A stretch of DNA of 64,000 bases from the human T2T-CHM13v2.0 reference genome, Homo sapiens (GCF_009914755.1 NC_060926.1); one strand, 5' to 3'; counted from the stretch's first letter, positions 47,326-62,813 are shown. Numbers and translations are program-made. Notes: generated from the sequence alone by a model not told the origin.

Positions 47326-47499
47326 GAAAGTTCATCTTAGAGCTTGTGCTGGTTCCCTGGGGTAGGAGTCGGGGTCCTTCTGCAGACATGGTGATGCCCT
47401 GGCCTGACCTTATAATCCTGGGTTATGCAAAAGGTCTGCTGTCAGAGGCCCTGGGTCCTGAAATATCAGAGGAGAGAGAGCTGGACACCTGTGTACTGG

Positions 47500-48070
47500 G
47501 ACAAATATATTAAAATAATTGGAAGATGATAGATATCAACCCAATAGTATTAACAGAGCAAAGACTAATTGGTATCCCTCAAGTGGGGAAACAAGTGGCA
47601 CCAAAAATTAAAGATATAATAGGGAAAAAAACTTTCCTTAAATTAAGGCAGAATCAAATCTACACATGGAAAGAACCTTCCAAGCAGACCATATTATAGG
47701 AAATTTGATACAAAATAGGCATAACCAAGACGAATCCTCATAAATTACTGATCACCCAAAAAGTTGAGAGAATTCCTTCAGCATTCGAAAAGAAGAAACA
47801 CAAAAACATTTACTTAAAAGGCAGATAAATAAAGCCAGGATCATGTTTCTTTATAGAAATATTAAAATCCAGAAATAAAATGGCACAGCATCTATGAGTT
47901 TGAGAAAGGGGAAAAAAGTGTAATCCAAAAATCGCAGGCCCAACAAGGTGTGGTTCAAGTATAAAGGTGTGAAACATGCACTCACAGACTCGTAAGAACT
48001 CAGGAAATGTATCTCCCATTAGTCCCTTATGAAGAAAGTTTTGATGACAAAGTCGAGCCATTCAAGAATG
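47500..48070 (+). mobile_element. Ancient L1 ORF1-like / HAL1-like fragment
   Basis: gggaaaaaaactttcctta...ccaagacgaatcctcataaaattactg...aatccaaaaatc resembles a degenerate ORF1 RRM/CTD-coding region. Confidence 0.5.
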
Positions 48071-48127
48071 AATACAGTTATCGTAAAGGACCTCTAGTGA
48101 GCGCTGACTCAGTGTTAGACGGAAATT

Positions 48128-48836
48128 GTGATGGCTGATTCCATGTGTCAACTCAACTAGGCACAGGGTACCCTGATTAAACATGATTTCTGGGTGTCTG
48201 GGAAGCTGTTTTCAGATTGACTAGCATTTAAACCAGTGTACTCAGTAACACTGACTGCCCTCCCCATTGCGAGTGGGCACAATCCAATCTGCTGAGGGCC
48301 TGAATACAACAAAAGGCAGAAGAAGGAGCAACTCTCAGGTTTTGCTTCCTGCCTGTCTGTTTGAGCTGGGACATCTCATCTCATCTTCTTCTGCCCACAG
48401 ACTACGATTTACACCATTAGCTCCCCCGGTTCCCAGGCCTTCATACCGAAACTGAATTACACCACCAGCTTTCCTGAGCCTCCAGCTTGCAAAAGGCAAG
48501 TCATGGGACATCTCCGTCTCCATATCACATAAGCCAATACCTTATCATAAGTCTCTGTCTCTCTCTCTCCATATACATACATATATATGAGTTTTTATAC
48601 ATATATACACACACAATAAGTTCTCACTTAGCATTATCCATAGGTTCTTGGAAACTACAACTTTAAGCAAAACAACACAAGCAGGTCCTCAAATATGTCA
48701 TTTCATTCAATGTTATTCTGTTATAACATTGATTAGAAAAAAATTGATTTCATTATACATCATTTCACTTAAAGTCACAGAATATATCTTCTATTAATAT
48801 ATGATATACATATCATATATATAGAACCCTAATATA
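48128..48836 (+). mobile_element. MLT2 (HERV-L) solo LTR interrupted by MER6B
   Basis: tgtgatggctgattccatgtgtcaact...ctgccctcccca...gggcacaatccaatctgctgagggcctgaat; ends agaaccctaatata. Confidence 0.82.
48614..48780. mobile_element. MER6B-like (TcMar-Tigger) element
   Basis: aataagttctcacttagc...ataggttcttggaaactacaactttaagcaaaac...gcaggtcctcaaat...cacttaaagtcacag, inserted in a TA-rich tract. Confidence 0.75.
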
Positions 48837-48999
48837 AAAGCTAAACAATTTTATATATTTTATATTACCATATTATATATACACACAACTTTGGAGACGT
48901 GCTATAGTAATGAGGTATGGTTAATGACTGTTATCTTTGAAGACAGCAACAATCAAGGGAGACAGGGAAACGCAATTTTACTTGTTTTTTCCTCTCATA

Positions 49000-51870
49000 C
49001 TGTTTTTAACTGAGGTGTAATTTATACATAATACATAGATTTCAATTATACATTTTCATCAATTTTCACAAATGTATAAACCCATGTAATCACTACCCCA
49101 ATCAAAAAATATAGAACATTTCCATCTCCCTGGGGAATTTCCCTCAAACCTCTTTCAGTCAATTCCCCAGACCCCAGAAGCAGCCATTGCTCTGATTTTC
49201 CACTATCCCTTCTAGATCTTTATGTAAACAGCAACAAATGATGTGTTCTGTTTCTTTCCTTCAAGATATTTTTAAAATGCATCCATTCTGTTGCATATGT
49301 CAGTAATTTGTTTTTTACTGTTGAGTAATATTCTGTGGATATACCACAATGTATTTATACATTCTCCTTTTGTCTCCAGCTTTTGCCTCTTAAAAATAAA
49401 TCTACCGTACACATTCTTGTACGTTGCCATTCCTCTTGGATAATAAACCCCTAGCAGTGGGCTGGCTGGGATATCGTGTAGTTGTACATGTAACTCCATA
49501 AGGAATAGCCTAACAGTTTTCAAAGTGGTTATACCATTTTGCCAGAATGCCAGAGGCTCAACATCCTATCCAACATCCTTAGACTTTTTCACTTTAACCA
49601 TGCTAGTGGGTCTAAATATCTCCTTGTGGTTTTAGTGTATGTTGCCATTTCTGATGAGTAATAATGCTGAGCTTTTTATGTTTGGTCAATAAACAGAAAT
49701 GGTCTGTTCAAAACTGTTTTGCAAATATTTTCACCAAACTTACATTTGCCTTTGAACTTTCTGGAGAATGGCTTTGGAAGAGCAGATAGTTTTAATTTTA
49801 ACGAATTTATCAATTTTTCAATTTATCTATTTTTTCTCTCTTATAGGTAGTTCTTTCTAATGTCCTTTAAGAAAATTTTGTTTACTGTATGTTCAAGAAG
49901 ATATTCTTCTAAGTTTCCTTCTGGGAGCTTTATAGTTTTACCTTGAACATTTAGTTTTGTACATATCTTGAATAATTTTTTGTGTAGATTATGAGTCAGG
50001 ATTTGTTTATGGGGAGAATTTTATATATGCATACTGAATTGTCTCAACATTGCTTATTAAAAAGACTGTTTTCTCCATTAAAACACATCGACATCATTGT
50101 TGAAAGTCAATTGACTATATTTATGTAGCTTTATCTTGAGATCTTAAAATCTGTACCACTGATTGGTCTACCCTAAAAATTACCACACAGCTTTCAAAAT
50201 GCAGTGTTATAAGTCTTGATATCAAGTAGGATAAGTCTTCCAACTTTGTTCAACTTTTTCAAAAAGTTTTAACTACCCTAAGCATCATAGAATGCTTAGA
50301 ATGTCATATAATTTTATATATTAGCATTTTCATACAATGTTAAAGTCAGCTTGCTAAATTTTTTTTTAAAGCTGGTATGATTTTGATTGAGACTATGTTG
50401 AATCTATACACTAATTTAGGGAGCATGAACATAATAATATTGAATTTGCCAATGTATTAAAATGGCATATCTCTCCATTTATTCATTCTTAATTTCTTTG
50501 CTCCATATTCTATAGTGGTCACTGTAAAAGTCTAGCCATCTTTTAAACTTATTCCCATGTATTTTGCTTTTAATTCAATTTTATGTAAATGATATTTTAT
50601 TGTTTGTTGCTAAAACATAGAAGTACAAGTAAATTTTGCATATTGAACTTGACTTCTGCGGAATTGCTAAATTACTTCTTCGCTCTAGTAGGTTTTTTCT
50701 CCTATAGATTTCTTAGAACTCTTTGCATACATTATCATGTCATATAGAAATTAGTTCTACTTCTTCCTTTTTCATCTTTTCTGGGTTTTTTTTCTTACCT
50801 TATTGTACTGGCTAGGACCTCCCCCAAAATGAAATGATGAGGATAGATAGCCTTGTTTCGTGGAGGAAAGCAAGCATTCAGTGTTTTACTGTGTGACGTT
50901 CAATGTTTAATGTAGATGCCTGCTGTAGGTTTTCATAAATTCTCTTTATCAGACTGACAAAATTACCTTCAATCTGTCCACAGTCTTTACTAAGAATGTG
51001 TTGATTTTCTGCATCTATTGAGATGATCATGTGGGGGTTTTTTACTCTTATGATATGGTAGCTGATATTGGTTTTCTAATGTTAAACAAACCTTGCATTC
51101 TTGGACCAAACAATTGGTCCTTTTCCTATTTGCTGGACTTGCTGATGATTTTTGTGTCACTGTGTATAGGGATATGGGCCTGTACTTTTCTTACATTGTC
51201 CTTATCAGGTTCAGCCCTTTGGATTGTCTTTTTTGTTTTGTTTTGTTTGTTTCTATTTTGTTGACTTCTATTTTTATCTCTTTTACATCTTTCTCCTTAG
51301 ATTGATGTAAACTAGGTCTGCATTTTCTAGCTTCTTAGGTATAACCTTAAATCTTAATATCTTTAAACATTTATAAATTTATAATATAAGCATTTAAAGG
51401 TACAAATTTCCCTTTAAGAACTGGTTTAGAGATATTTCACACATACTGTTAACTTTCATTTTCATTGTTATTTTGTTTGAAATATTTTCTTATTTCTCTT
51501 CTGATTTCTTCTTTGACCCATTGGTTATTTATGAATGTAGTTTTATTTCCAAAAATTAGGGGATTTTCTATATATTTAATTTCAAAACTTTGAAATTTAC
51601 TGAGTCTTGTTTTACAATTCAGAATATGATCCAGCTTAGGGAATAGTCCACTTGCATTTCATTCAAAGAATTTGGAGGGATTTTCTACAACTCAACTAGG
51701 TCAATTTGGATAACACTGTTGTTCAAGCATTCTATATCCTTAATGACTTTTTGCCTTTTTTATTCCATCAGTGATGAAGCTATGGATGCTAAAATCCCAA
51801 TTTATGACTATTGATTTGTCTATTTTTCTGTTTAGTTTTCTCAGTTTGGGTTCAGGTATTTTTGTTTTTG
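49000..51870 (-). mobile_element. Decayed ancient L1M (3' end through ORF2 EN region)
   Basis: L1ME/MD-type 3' end (tttttaactgaggtgtaattt...atagaacatttccatc), followed by T-rich ORF2 remnants back to the EN-like gatttgtctatttttctg. Confidence 0.82.
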
Positions 51871-52386
51871 ATTTACTGGCTTCTTTTACAGCTTTATTGT
51901 GGTTCAATTAATATACAGTAAACAGGACACATTTAAAGTTACAATTTGATAACTTTTGACATACATATGCACATGGGGAATCACTACCACAATCAAGATT
52001 ATGCCCTTGTGTAATCCATGCTTACCTCACTCTTTCCTCAACTCCAGTCATTCACTGATATTCTTTCTGTCACCTTAAATTAGTTTTCATTTTCAAGAAT
52101 TTCATATATATGGAAAAATATAGCATGTTCCCATTCTGTCTGGATTCTTCCACTCTGGAAAATCATTTTGAGATTCATCCCTGTTGTGCATGTACTAATA
52201 ATTTATTCCTTTTTTATTGAGTATTATTCTACCACATGGGTAAATTGCAATTTCTTTAGCTATTCATTTGCTGATGGACATTTGGGTTGTTTCTAGACTT
52301 AAGCTATAACAAATAAAGCTGCTATAGACATTTCTGTACAAGTCTGTGTTGATGTGTACTTTCCTTTCTCTTGGGTAAATATCTAG

Positions 52387-52683
<297 letters not shown>

Positions 52684-54000
52684 AGATTTAACTTATTTTT
52701 AAAACTGCCAATTTTTTCCAAAATGGTTGTATCCTTCCACATTCTTACGAAGCATTACAAGAATTCCAATTGCTCCACATACTTGACAATTAGTAGTCAG
52801 TCTTTTGTATTTTTAGCCATTGTAGTGGGTGTGTTGTGATATGTTATTGTGTTTCTAATAGCATTTCCCTAATAACTAATGATGTTAAGTATATTTTCAG
52901 GTATTTTCCTGCCACTGATATATAACTTCTTTGGTGAAGAGTCGGTGAAAATCTTTTGTACTTTTTTTAATTGGGTCATTTGTCTTTTTACAATTGAGTG
53001 GGAGGAGTTTTCATATAATCTTCATAAAAGTCCTAAGTCAGATACATGTTTTGCAAATATTTTCTTGTAGCCTATGGCCTGCCTTTTCTTTTGAAGAATA
53101 AGAATTTGTAATTCTGATAATTTTCTATTTCTATTTGTGTTTGTAATTTGTTCTCTTTGGTACGTACTTAAGAAACCTTTGCCAAACCCAAGTATGAAGA
53201 CTTTCTCCTATGTTATCTGTTAAAAGCTCTGTCATTTAACTCTTGCATTTAGGCCTATCATTCATTTCAAGTTTATTTTTGCATATGGCGTGAGGTAAAG
53301 ATCAAAATTCATTTTTCTGCAAATTGCAATTGCTCTGGCATCATTTAATGGAGAAAAATCTCATTTTCCAACTAAACTGCATTGAGACCATAGGAAATCA
53401 GTTAATCAAAAATGTGTATATCTATTTCTCTACTCTTTCTTCTGTTCCATTTATCTAAGTATATATTTATGTCAATGCTATACTTTCTTGATTATTGTGG
53501 CTTTATAACAAATTTGAAATCAAACTTTGTTCCTGTTTTCAATGTTGCTTTGGCTCTTCTAGATTCTGTGCATTTCCATATAAATTTTAAAATGGGCTTA
53601 TAAATATTTAGGAAAAGAAAGCTGCTGAGATTTCTTTGGACTTATGATGAATCTACACATCAATTTGGAGAGAACTGACATCTTACGACTATTGTGTCTT
53701 TTGACCCATGAACATGGTTTATATCTCTATTTACCTCTGCCTCCTTTAACACTCTCAGCAATGCTTTAGAGTTTTCATAATTTATATTCTTGCTTTGTTT
53801 CTAGTCTTAGGAAGAAAGCATTAATTCTTTCAGGATCAAGTATGGTTTTGCTATAGGCTTTTCATAGATGTACTTTCATTGATTATCCTTACTGTTTTTT
53901 ATGTCATTGCTTTCTGCTTTTATCTTCATTATGTCCCTTCTTCTGCTAACTTTAGATTTCATTCGCTTTTTTTTTTATATTCTAAAGTAGAAGCATTGAT

Positions 54001-54211
54001 CAGAAGTCAGCAAATTTTTTTCATGAAGATTAGAGGATAATTATTTTAGGTTTTGCTATGCATACAGTTAACCAACTTTATTGTTATAGCATGAAAGCAG
54101 TCATAGGCCACGCACAAATGAATCAACATGGCTGTGTTTCAATCAAACTTTATTTACAGAAACAGGCAGCAGGTTGGACTTGGCTCATCTGTTATACTTT
54201 GACAACCCCTG
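54001..54211. mobile_element. MER58A
   Basis: cagaagtcagcaaattttt...catggctgtgtttcaatcaaactttatttacagaaacaggcagcag...tttgacaacccctg. Confidence 0.82.
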
Positions 54212-56076
54212 GTTTAGATCACTGATTTGAGGCCTTTCTTTTTTTCTGGTGTAGGCATTTAGTACTATAAAATTTCCTCTAACTATTGCTTTATATGCAT
54301 TCCACAAATTTTCATATGTCATATTTTCACATTTATTGAGTTCAAAATGTTTTCTAATTTATTTTATTTCTTCTTTGACTGAAGAAATATTTTAATGTAT
54401 TATCTAGTTTCTAAATATTTGGGGATTTTCCAGATGTCTTGCTGTGATTAATATTTAACTTAAATCCATTCTGATCACAGAACATGCCTGGCATGGTTTG
54501 GATTCTTTTAAATATATTAAGACCTGTTTTATGGAGCAGAATATAAATCTGTTGAGGTTTGTTTTATGGGCCGGGCCAGAATATAGTTTTTCTTGGCAAA
54601 TGTTCCCTGTGCACCTAAAATGAATCTCTATTCTGCTCCTGTTGAGTGGAGTGTTCCATAAATGTCAATTAGGTAGTTGATTGATAGTGTTATTCAATTC
54701 CTCTATATCATTCCTGATTTTATGTCTACTTTTTCTATAAATTATTGACAGAGAGGTGTGAAATCTTAGGCTGTAACGGTAGATTTGTTTACTTCTCCTT
54801 TTAGCTTTATCAGTTTTTGCTTCATGTATTTTGAAGCTCTATTTTTAGGTGCATAAACATTTTTTATTGTTATTTTCCATTGATGTGATGACCTCTTTTT
54901 TGTTAGGAAATGGCCTTACTCATCCCTGATACTATTCTTTGCTTATTTTACTTTGTATCTTACAATATAGCTATTCCAGCTTTCTTTTGATTGTTGTTAG
55001 CATGGAACACCTTTTTTTCCATCCATGTGCTTTTAATGTACTTGTGATTTTTTTATAAATAGTATTTTTATAATTCTATTTTATCTCCCACAGTCATAGC
55101 TATGGCTTTCTTTTGTGTCTTAGTGGTTCCTTCACATTTCATTATATATATCTTTAATTTATCACAACCTACCTTCAAGTTATATATTACCACTTTATAC
55201 ATAATATAAGAACATTTATCCTCCACCTCCTGGGCTTTGTATTATTTTACTTCTATATACAGTATGTTATAAGCCCCACAGTAACATTTCATTAATTTTA
55301 CTTTAAACAATCAATTATGTTTTAGAGATTTTTAAAATACAAAAATGTCTTTTCATCTTTTCCACGTGGTTTTGATTTCCCATACTCTTCATTCCTTTGT
55401 GTATATTCAGATTTGCCATTGGTATCATGTTTCTTCTTCCTGAAGGACTGTCTCTTAACATAGCCTGCAGCACAGGTCTCTGGTGACAACTTCTTTAAGC
55501 TTTTCTATTGTCTGTAAAACTCGTTATTTGGACTTCATTTTGGAAATAGATTATCACTGGCAATATAAATCTAAGTTGACTATTTTTTTTTTTTTGCTTT
55601 TGATACTTGACAGATATAGATCTTCTGTCTTTCGGATTACATTGTTTCTAGTGAGAAATTTGCTATTATTCTGATTTTTGTTCTCTGTTCACAATGTGCT
55701 TTGTGTCTCTTATTGCTTTTAAGATATTCCTTACTACTGGTCTTAAACACTTTGATTTTTATTTGCTTTAGCGCAGTTTTCTTCATGTTTCTTTACTTGA
55801 GGTTTGTTGAGCTTCTTGCAAATGTGGGCTTAAACTTTTTTATCAGATTAGGAAATGTTTGTCCATTACTTCTTCATATAATTTTTCTGACTCCCCACCC
55901 TGCTTCTTTTATGGGCTACAATTACATGGAGGAGAGGTTCCTTGAGGTTGTCCCACATTTCAATGTTGCTCTGTTTCTTTTCAGTTTTTTGTCTTTTTTG
56001 GGTTTCATTTGTAATTATTTGTATCACTATGTCTTCAAGTGCAGTAATCTTTTCTTCTGTAATGTCATACCTGCTG

Positions 56077-56132
56077 TTTTCATCCCACATCTTTTCCATC
56101 CAACATCTTTTCCATCCAGCACCTTTTCCATC
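56077..56132. repeat. ~16-bp tandem repeat, ~3.5 degenerate copies
   Basis: ttttcatcccacatc / ttttccatccaacatc / ttttccatccagcacc / ttttccatc. Confidence 0.75.
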
Positions 56133-56212
56133 TCAGATACTGTATTTTGCATCTCTAGAAGTTCAATTTGAGCCTTTTTAAAATATTTTCTATGTCTATA
56201 TTTTCTCGGCCT

Positions 56213-56430
56213 CAGGGATCAGAAAGCTTATTCTTCAAAGGACCAGATGGTAAACATTTTAGGCTTAAGGAGTCATATATGTTTTTGTCACATTTTTTAC
56301 AATATTTTTAAAGTAATCTTTAAAATTTTTAAAGAAAAGAAACAACTATTGTTAGCACTCAGACCGTACAAAAATAGACTCCAGGCTGGATTTGACCCAC
56401 AGACCATTACCATTGTTGGAAAACCTTGCT
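56213..56430. mobile_element. MER58B/C-like hAT MITE
   Basis: cagggatcagaaa...aaggaccagatggtaaacattttaggctt...gtacaaaaatagactccaggctggatttgacc. Confidence 0.7.
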
Positions 56431-56516
56431 CTCTCTTCTTGAATATAGGAGATACATTTATGACATTTTCAACTCCTTCTATCATCTGTGTCATTTTGAG
56501 TCTGCTTATACTGATG

Positions 56517-56548
<32 letters not shown>
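56517..56548. repeat. (GATT)8 tetranucleotide microsatellite
   Basis: Read directly from the sequence. Confidence 0.92.
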
Positions 56549-57573
56549 CCCTCATTATAGTAATATTTTTCTGATTCTTTGTATACCTGGTAATTTTGGT
56601 AATTTTTTGGTTGAGTTGCAAAAATTGTGAATTTTACCTTAACACTTGATTTTTGTATTTCTTCAAATATTCTTGAGCATTGCATTGGAACCCTGTTAAA
56701 TTGCTTGAAAACATCTTGATCCTTTTGAGGCTTTCATTTAAGATTTTTTTTTTCTTTTTTGGCAGGACCAAGGTAGTCTTTAACTGACGGCTGATTCTGG
56801 CCCACCACTGAGGCAACAACTGAATACTTTATAAACTGAATAAACTGAACATTTTATCCAGTGCCCTGTGCATTGCAATGTTATTTTTACTCTGGCTGGC
56901 AGGAATACAATCTATTCCTGGCCCTGCGTGATCATCAAGAATTGTTTCACCTGCTCCTTTCCGGGCCTTGGAAAGTTTCCTCACAGGCGTGTGTTGATCC
57001 TTAAAAGGCAGAACCTCTAAGGTGAACCCTCTGGGACTCTCTGGTCCCATGAGAATGCAGCATTCTCTCTTCTGTGCTATTTTCTCCTTTCTGATATTCT
57101 GCTCTGAGTATCCTAGCTGTCCTGGCCTCCCCAGATTCTCAATTCTATCTTCTCAACCCAGGGAGACTCCCACGATCTGAGTGACCCCCTTCTCCTCCTA
57201 GAAGGTCTCTTAGGGCAGTTCAAGGGCAATCACACCACTCCCTTCATTGTTTTGCTTCACTTGGGGGCCCGAGTGCACTCCAGCAATGCCTGTTGTCCAA
57301 TGACTGAAAACTGTAACTTCATTTATATTTTTTCTCATTTTGTTGAAGAAGGAGGCTAAATCTGGCCCCTGTTACTCCATCCTGCTCAGTGGTGAAGTCC
57401 TGCTTTATGGGTTTTGAAGCTCCAACATTGGCTTCATTCCAGAATTGCCTAGAAGAACTGACTTCACTTTATTTCAAACTTTTCTCTGCTATTTTTTATG
57501 CATGTACCACCTTGATATTTCTTCTAAAACTTAGTAAGGATTGCCTGGCTGGTGGCATTGTGAGTCATTTTAA

Positions 57574-57816
<243 letters not shown>

Positions 57817-58999
57817 GAATTTTTTTTTAATTAATGACTGCTACTGTTTTACAAATTAAGATGTGAGCACTCTCATTTATAGTTATGTTAAAAGATGCAA
57901 AATCATTTTGTCATTCCAAAATATAAACAAAACACACAAATAGATTATGAGTAGAATGCAAGGCCATAAATTGTATCTGCTGCAGGCTACTTCTGACTCT
58001 ACCCTCGCCTCCTGGAAGCATACCCTTTCCTTTGTGGTCGGAGGTGCATCAGCTGAAAAACTCGAGGTGAAGTGCCTCTGCTCCTCCAGGGTGGTCTCCT
58101 ATTCTCACCTGGAAATATGCCTTCCATCTGGCTGTGCACAGGGACCTGTGAGCTCCATAGACTCATCTGGGAAGACCTGCTCCAGTCCCTCCGTACCTTC
58201 TTCATGTGTGCAGGCACTGCTGTCCAGCAGTTGACCGCAGTAGAGTCCTCGGTCAGTGTTTGGGGACTTGACTCATACTCTCAGTCTCCAATCCTTACTT
58301 GGATTTGACTTTCTTCCATAAAGAAGCACAGCCTGACTCCCACACTCTGCGTATGGTTATCATTCCAGCCTCAGTCACTGTTCTTGGGAACAGGTGTCAT
58401 TTCACTGTTTTCCCTCCAGTTATGTTTAGAGAACCTGTCCATTCTGACAAGCATGTAGATGTTTTATTTGGACTTTGTAACACTTAGATATCAGAACTGT
58501 AGGATCATCTTATTTTTCTACATCATATTTAACCTGACTCCAGGCCTCAACTAAACAGGATGTGGGATAAATTCAGTCTCTGTCATTTTAAGAGATGTTT
58601 GGATGTAAATGTTTGGGACTTCTGCTGTGTGCCTGGAAAATGGTGAATGATATGTTGATCTATGATTCTGGTCCTTACCATTCTCAATTGCTACCATACC
58701 TGTGAGCTCAGAGCTACTCCTTTCTGTGCTGTTCCCAAATGAAGTCAGGCCAGGCCATGACACTGTTGCCCCTGGTATCACTATTGCTCTGTACCCGCCC
58801 CTTTATGGAGCATGAATGTGAGGCAGTGTCAGCTTCTACAATTTCACAGATGACAAAACCCCAGGCTCCTTCCCGGTCTCCCTTCTCCAATTCTGTCTAC
58901 TCCACCTCTTGAATACTGGCTTCCCCACTAGCACCAACAACCAGAAACATACATTTTTTACTTATCCCTGAGAATGGATAGATGGGGGAAGTGAATACA

Positions 59000-59370
59000 T
59001 TCATTTAAGTCCTCGAGAAGCAGACATTAAAACAAGGTGAGACATGCAAGAGAGTTGTTGGAGGAGGGGGCAGGAGAAGAGGAGGAAGTGTTCAGTCGAT
59101 GACTTAGATCTGACATCTCTGAAAGGAGAGAGGGAAGGAAGAAGGATTCAAAGTAGAAGAGTCTTGGAATGCAGCACCGTCTCAATGGTTTAGCAAGACC
59201 ACTGGAAGGACTGAGGCCAAAGTCATCTATTGGAGCCATCCTGCATCTTATGGGGATGGACCTGCCTTGGTATTAGGGCCGTGCTCAGGCAGTAGCTGGT
59301 AGCAGCCATCAGGGAGCGTAGCCTTAGCGTCAATGCAATAGTGAATCTCATAAGGCCATTGGAATCGAAT
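59000..59370 (-). mobile_element. LTR16-like ERVL LTR
   Basis: gatctgacatctctgaaaggagagagggaaggaagaaggatt...ccgtgctcag...gctggtagcagcc...gcgtagccttagcgtcaatgc resembles LTR16 in reverse. Confidence 0.65.
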
Positions 59371-59869
59371 TCCAAATTGTCCATAGCCTCTGACTTATAT
59401 TTCCTGTTGGTAAAGGAAGTGTATGGGAAAAGCAGCTGTTGGTTTACAGCTGCTGCAATCACCAAGAAGTGAATCTTGCTGCTTTCACCCTGAGTCATCA
59501 GTGCCAATGGCATCACACATCATACTGACCATTTCTGCCCTCCATAGGAATGACATCTGTCAAACAATACTTGACAGACATACTTTGCTTTGTTCAAACA
59601 ACATGAGCCACAGAAAATTAAACCTGCTCCAATAAAGTAGTTCAGTGTTATTAGCAAGGCCACTAAATGTACTTCTTGGCACATTATCAGCAGAATGTGG
59701 TGGCAGTAGTGTCTGCTATTATGAGCATCATAGCTATGAATTTCTTGACTGTTGGCCAATTGTAAGAGCCACTGGAGCATTACAAGATGCAACCAGTATA
59801 GTAGTAGGTGGGCATAAGTTCTATGCCTACTTAGATGGAAATCTAGGTTGGGTGATGGGTCTTTGAAAG

Positions 59870-60504
<635 letters not shown>

Positions 60505-61938
60505 AAAGGTAAAGCAGATTCAGCCTAATGGACCTTTTTGTCTGCCGTGAGAATTCATGAGGCCACAGTGGCAGAGGCTCAGCCAGCCAGATCACAGGCA
60601 GCCTTGCACAACCTCTTCAGAAGTAATTTCCTCATACCCTCCAGCAAATCTCCTAGAGACCCATGCCTCCCTGGGTAAACTAAGGCAGAGGAGTCAAACC
60701 AAAACCCAACACCATTCTCTCTATATTCCCCCCCTTCATGTGTCAGCTGTTGGGCCACATCGCTTCAGATGTGGCCTGTAATAGACATCACTGAAGACCG
60801 GATGGGTCTTTGTTTCTGGTGATAAACTGCTCCTTGGCCATTCAAATGCCTCAGTGACAGCTTCCCCCTTTGAAGCCTCTCTGGTCCTCCAGTGCATCTG
60901 TGGCCTGCAGCTGGGCCCTGCCTAGGTGAAGGGTGGGGCAGAATAGTCCAAGTAGGGCAGTATGGCTGGAGTAGGGCAGTACGGCCTGAGTGGGGCAGCC
61001 CACACGGATTAGCCCAGGGATCTGACCACCTCCTGGCAGAGGCCAGAGGGCAGAATTGATTAATTCCTGGAGATATTTATCAGTGATATACCTGGGAGTC
61101 ACTTTAACTTGCAGAACTGACAACAGGCTATTTTTAAGACTATTTTTCCTGCTTACTTAATTAGTTCATTTATTCATCGTGTTCCTGCTGAGGTCCTGCT
61201 CTGTGTCAAACCCACCACTAGGCACCTGGAATACAAGGACAAACAGAAGCTGTTGAAATTGTTGAAGGGAGGAGCTTGGTCCTGGATTTGGGTCATGGAA
61301 GTGGAAAAGAAGGAACTTGGCCCCATTCCCTAGACCCCTGTCCACCAACAAAAAGAAAAAAAAAAGAAAAGAAAAGAAATAATTAAAAATAATAAAAGGA
61401 AAAAAAGAAGAAACATGGGTGGATTTTGAGAGCTATGTAAGAGGACTAAAACTCAGCCATTTTTACATACTATATGCCAGGCAGGACCAGCTACATGATA
61501 TGCAGGGTTCATTGCAACATGAAAATGTGGGAACAGTTGTTCCGAAAGCAGGAAAAGTTTTTCCTTCCTTCCTCAGTCTCTCCATCTCTCTGGACTCCAG
61601 CACAATTCCAGAAAGATTCAGCAAGGCTAATGGAAGTCCTCAAGCCAAAGTCAAGCAAAGGAAGAAACCTAAATCTTACTGGAATGGGCCTGCCTTCAGG
61701 ATGCTCACTGGGTGAGCGCAGACCCTCACAGGTGCCTGGGTTCCCGTCCTGTGACTCAGAGCCACACCCTCACCCAGGTCTCTGCTGAGCACAGAAAGCA
61801 CCAGAAGTTGCTGGGCCAAGGGAGACAACTGAGCACCTGAGAATCCATTCTAGAGATGTGCTGGATGGGTGGGACCCCCAGTGCTTGTGCCACTCACATT
61901 GGACTTCAGTTACAAAACATGTTCAAAGATAGTATTAT

Positions 61939-61980
61939 GGGCTGGGCACCGTGGCTCCCACCTGTAATCCCAACACTTTC
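61939..61980 (+). mobile_element. Alu 5' stub (~42 nt)
   Basis: ggctgggcaccgtggctcccacctgtaatcccaacacttt, then an abrupt switch to non-Alu sequence. Confidence 0.75.
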
Positions 61981-62039
61981 AGAGTAAGTTTCAGCAGGAA
62001 ACTATGGGGATACTCTTGGGACTTAAGGGAGGGTGGATA

Positions 62040-62810
62040 GAGAAAGTGAGATCTACCCGAGGTGTAAACTCTAAGTAGCTGCTGGGAAGAAGAGGAAGTG
62101 GAGCAGAGGAACCTTCCAGCAGAAAGAACAGCATCTGCCAAGGTCTGAAGGTGAGGCAGGAGAAAGCAGCGTACACCTGGGAAACTGCAGCTTCTCTAGC
62201 TCAGAGTAATTGAAGTGAAAGAGGGGAGTGGGCAGAAATGAGACTGGACACAGCTAAAAGGGCCATGCAAGGATTTTTTTTATTTATTCTAAAAGCAAGG
62301 GAGGAATTCCTAAGATGTTTCAAGCTGGGAAGTGAGATGATCAGGAAATTTCACTATGGGAAGGTCACCTTGTCACACTTGCAGAAGTTGGATTGAAGTT
62401 GGGCAAGACTGGAGGCAAGGAAGCCAGTAGGGAAACTGGTACGATCATCCTGGAAAAACAGCCTGGTGGCCTGTGGGATTGGAGAGATAGTAAGAGGGCA
62501 AAACTGCAGGATCTGGTGGACAACTGAACATAATAGGTGAAACAGAGGAGGGGGTCATAGAGGATGTTCATCATGTCTGTCCTCATAAACCGTGTGGATA
62601 GTGGTGTCAATTCCCTGACCTAGGCACTGCGGGGAAAGGAGCAGATTGGAGGGGAGGAGGAGAAGAGCTCAGCTTTTCCATCCACTCCTGGAGCTGCTCA
62701 GGAGACATCGAGATGGGAATGTTTGGCAGACACTGGGATGTAGCGCTCTGGTGTCAGGTGAGGATTCTGGGCTTAGGTGAGGCACTGAGAATTTTCAGCA
62801 TACCCCTGGT
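62040..62810 (-). mobile_element. L2 LINE fragment
   Basis: Purine-rich ttccagcagaaagaacagcatctgccaaggtctgaagg...tttattctaaaagcaaggga...gagatgatcag, typical of L2 in reverse. Confidence 0.65.
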
Positions 62811-62813
62811 AAT

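Noticed and set aside
55701-56171. 156-aa hydrophobic ORF resembling a membrane protein
   Set aside because: It is the T-rich antisense strand of a decayed L1 ORF1; the Phe/Leu richness is compositional.
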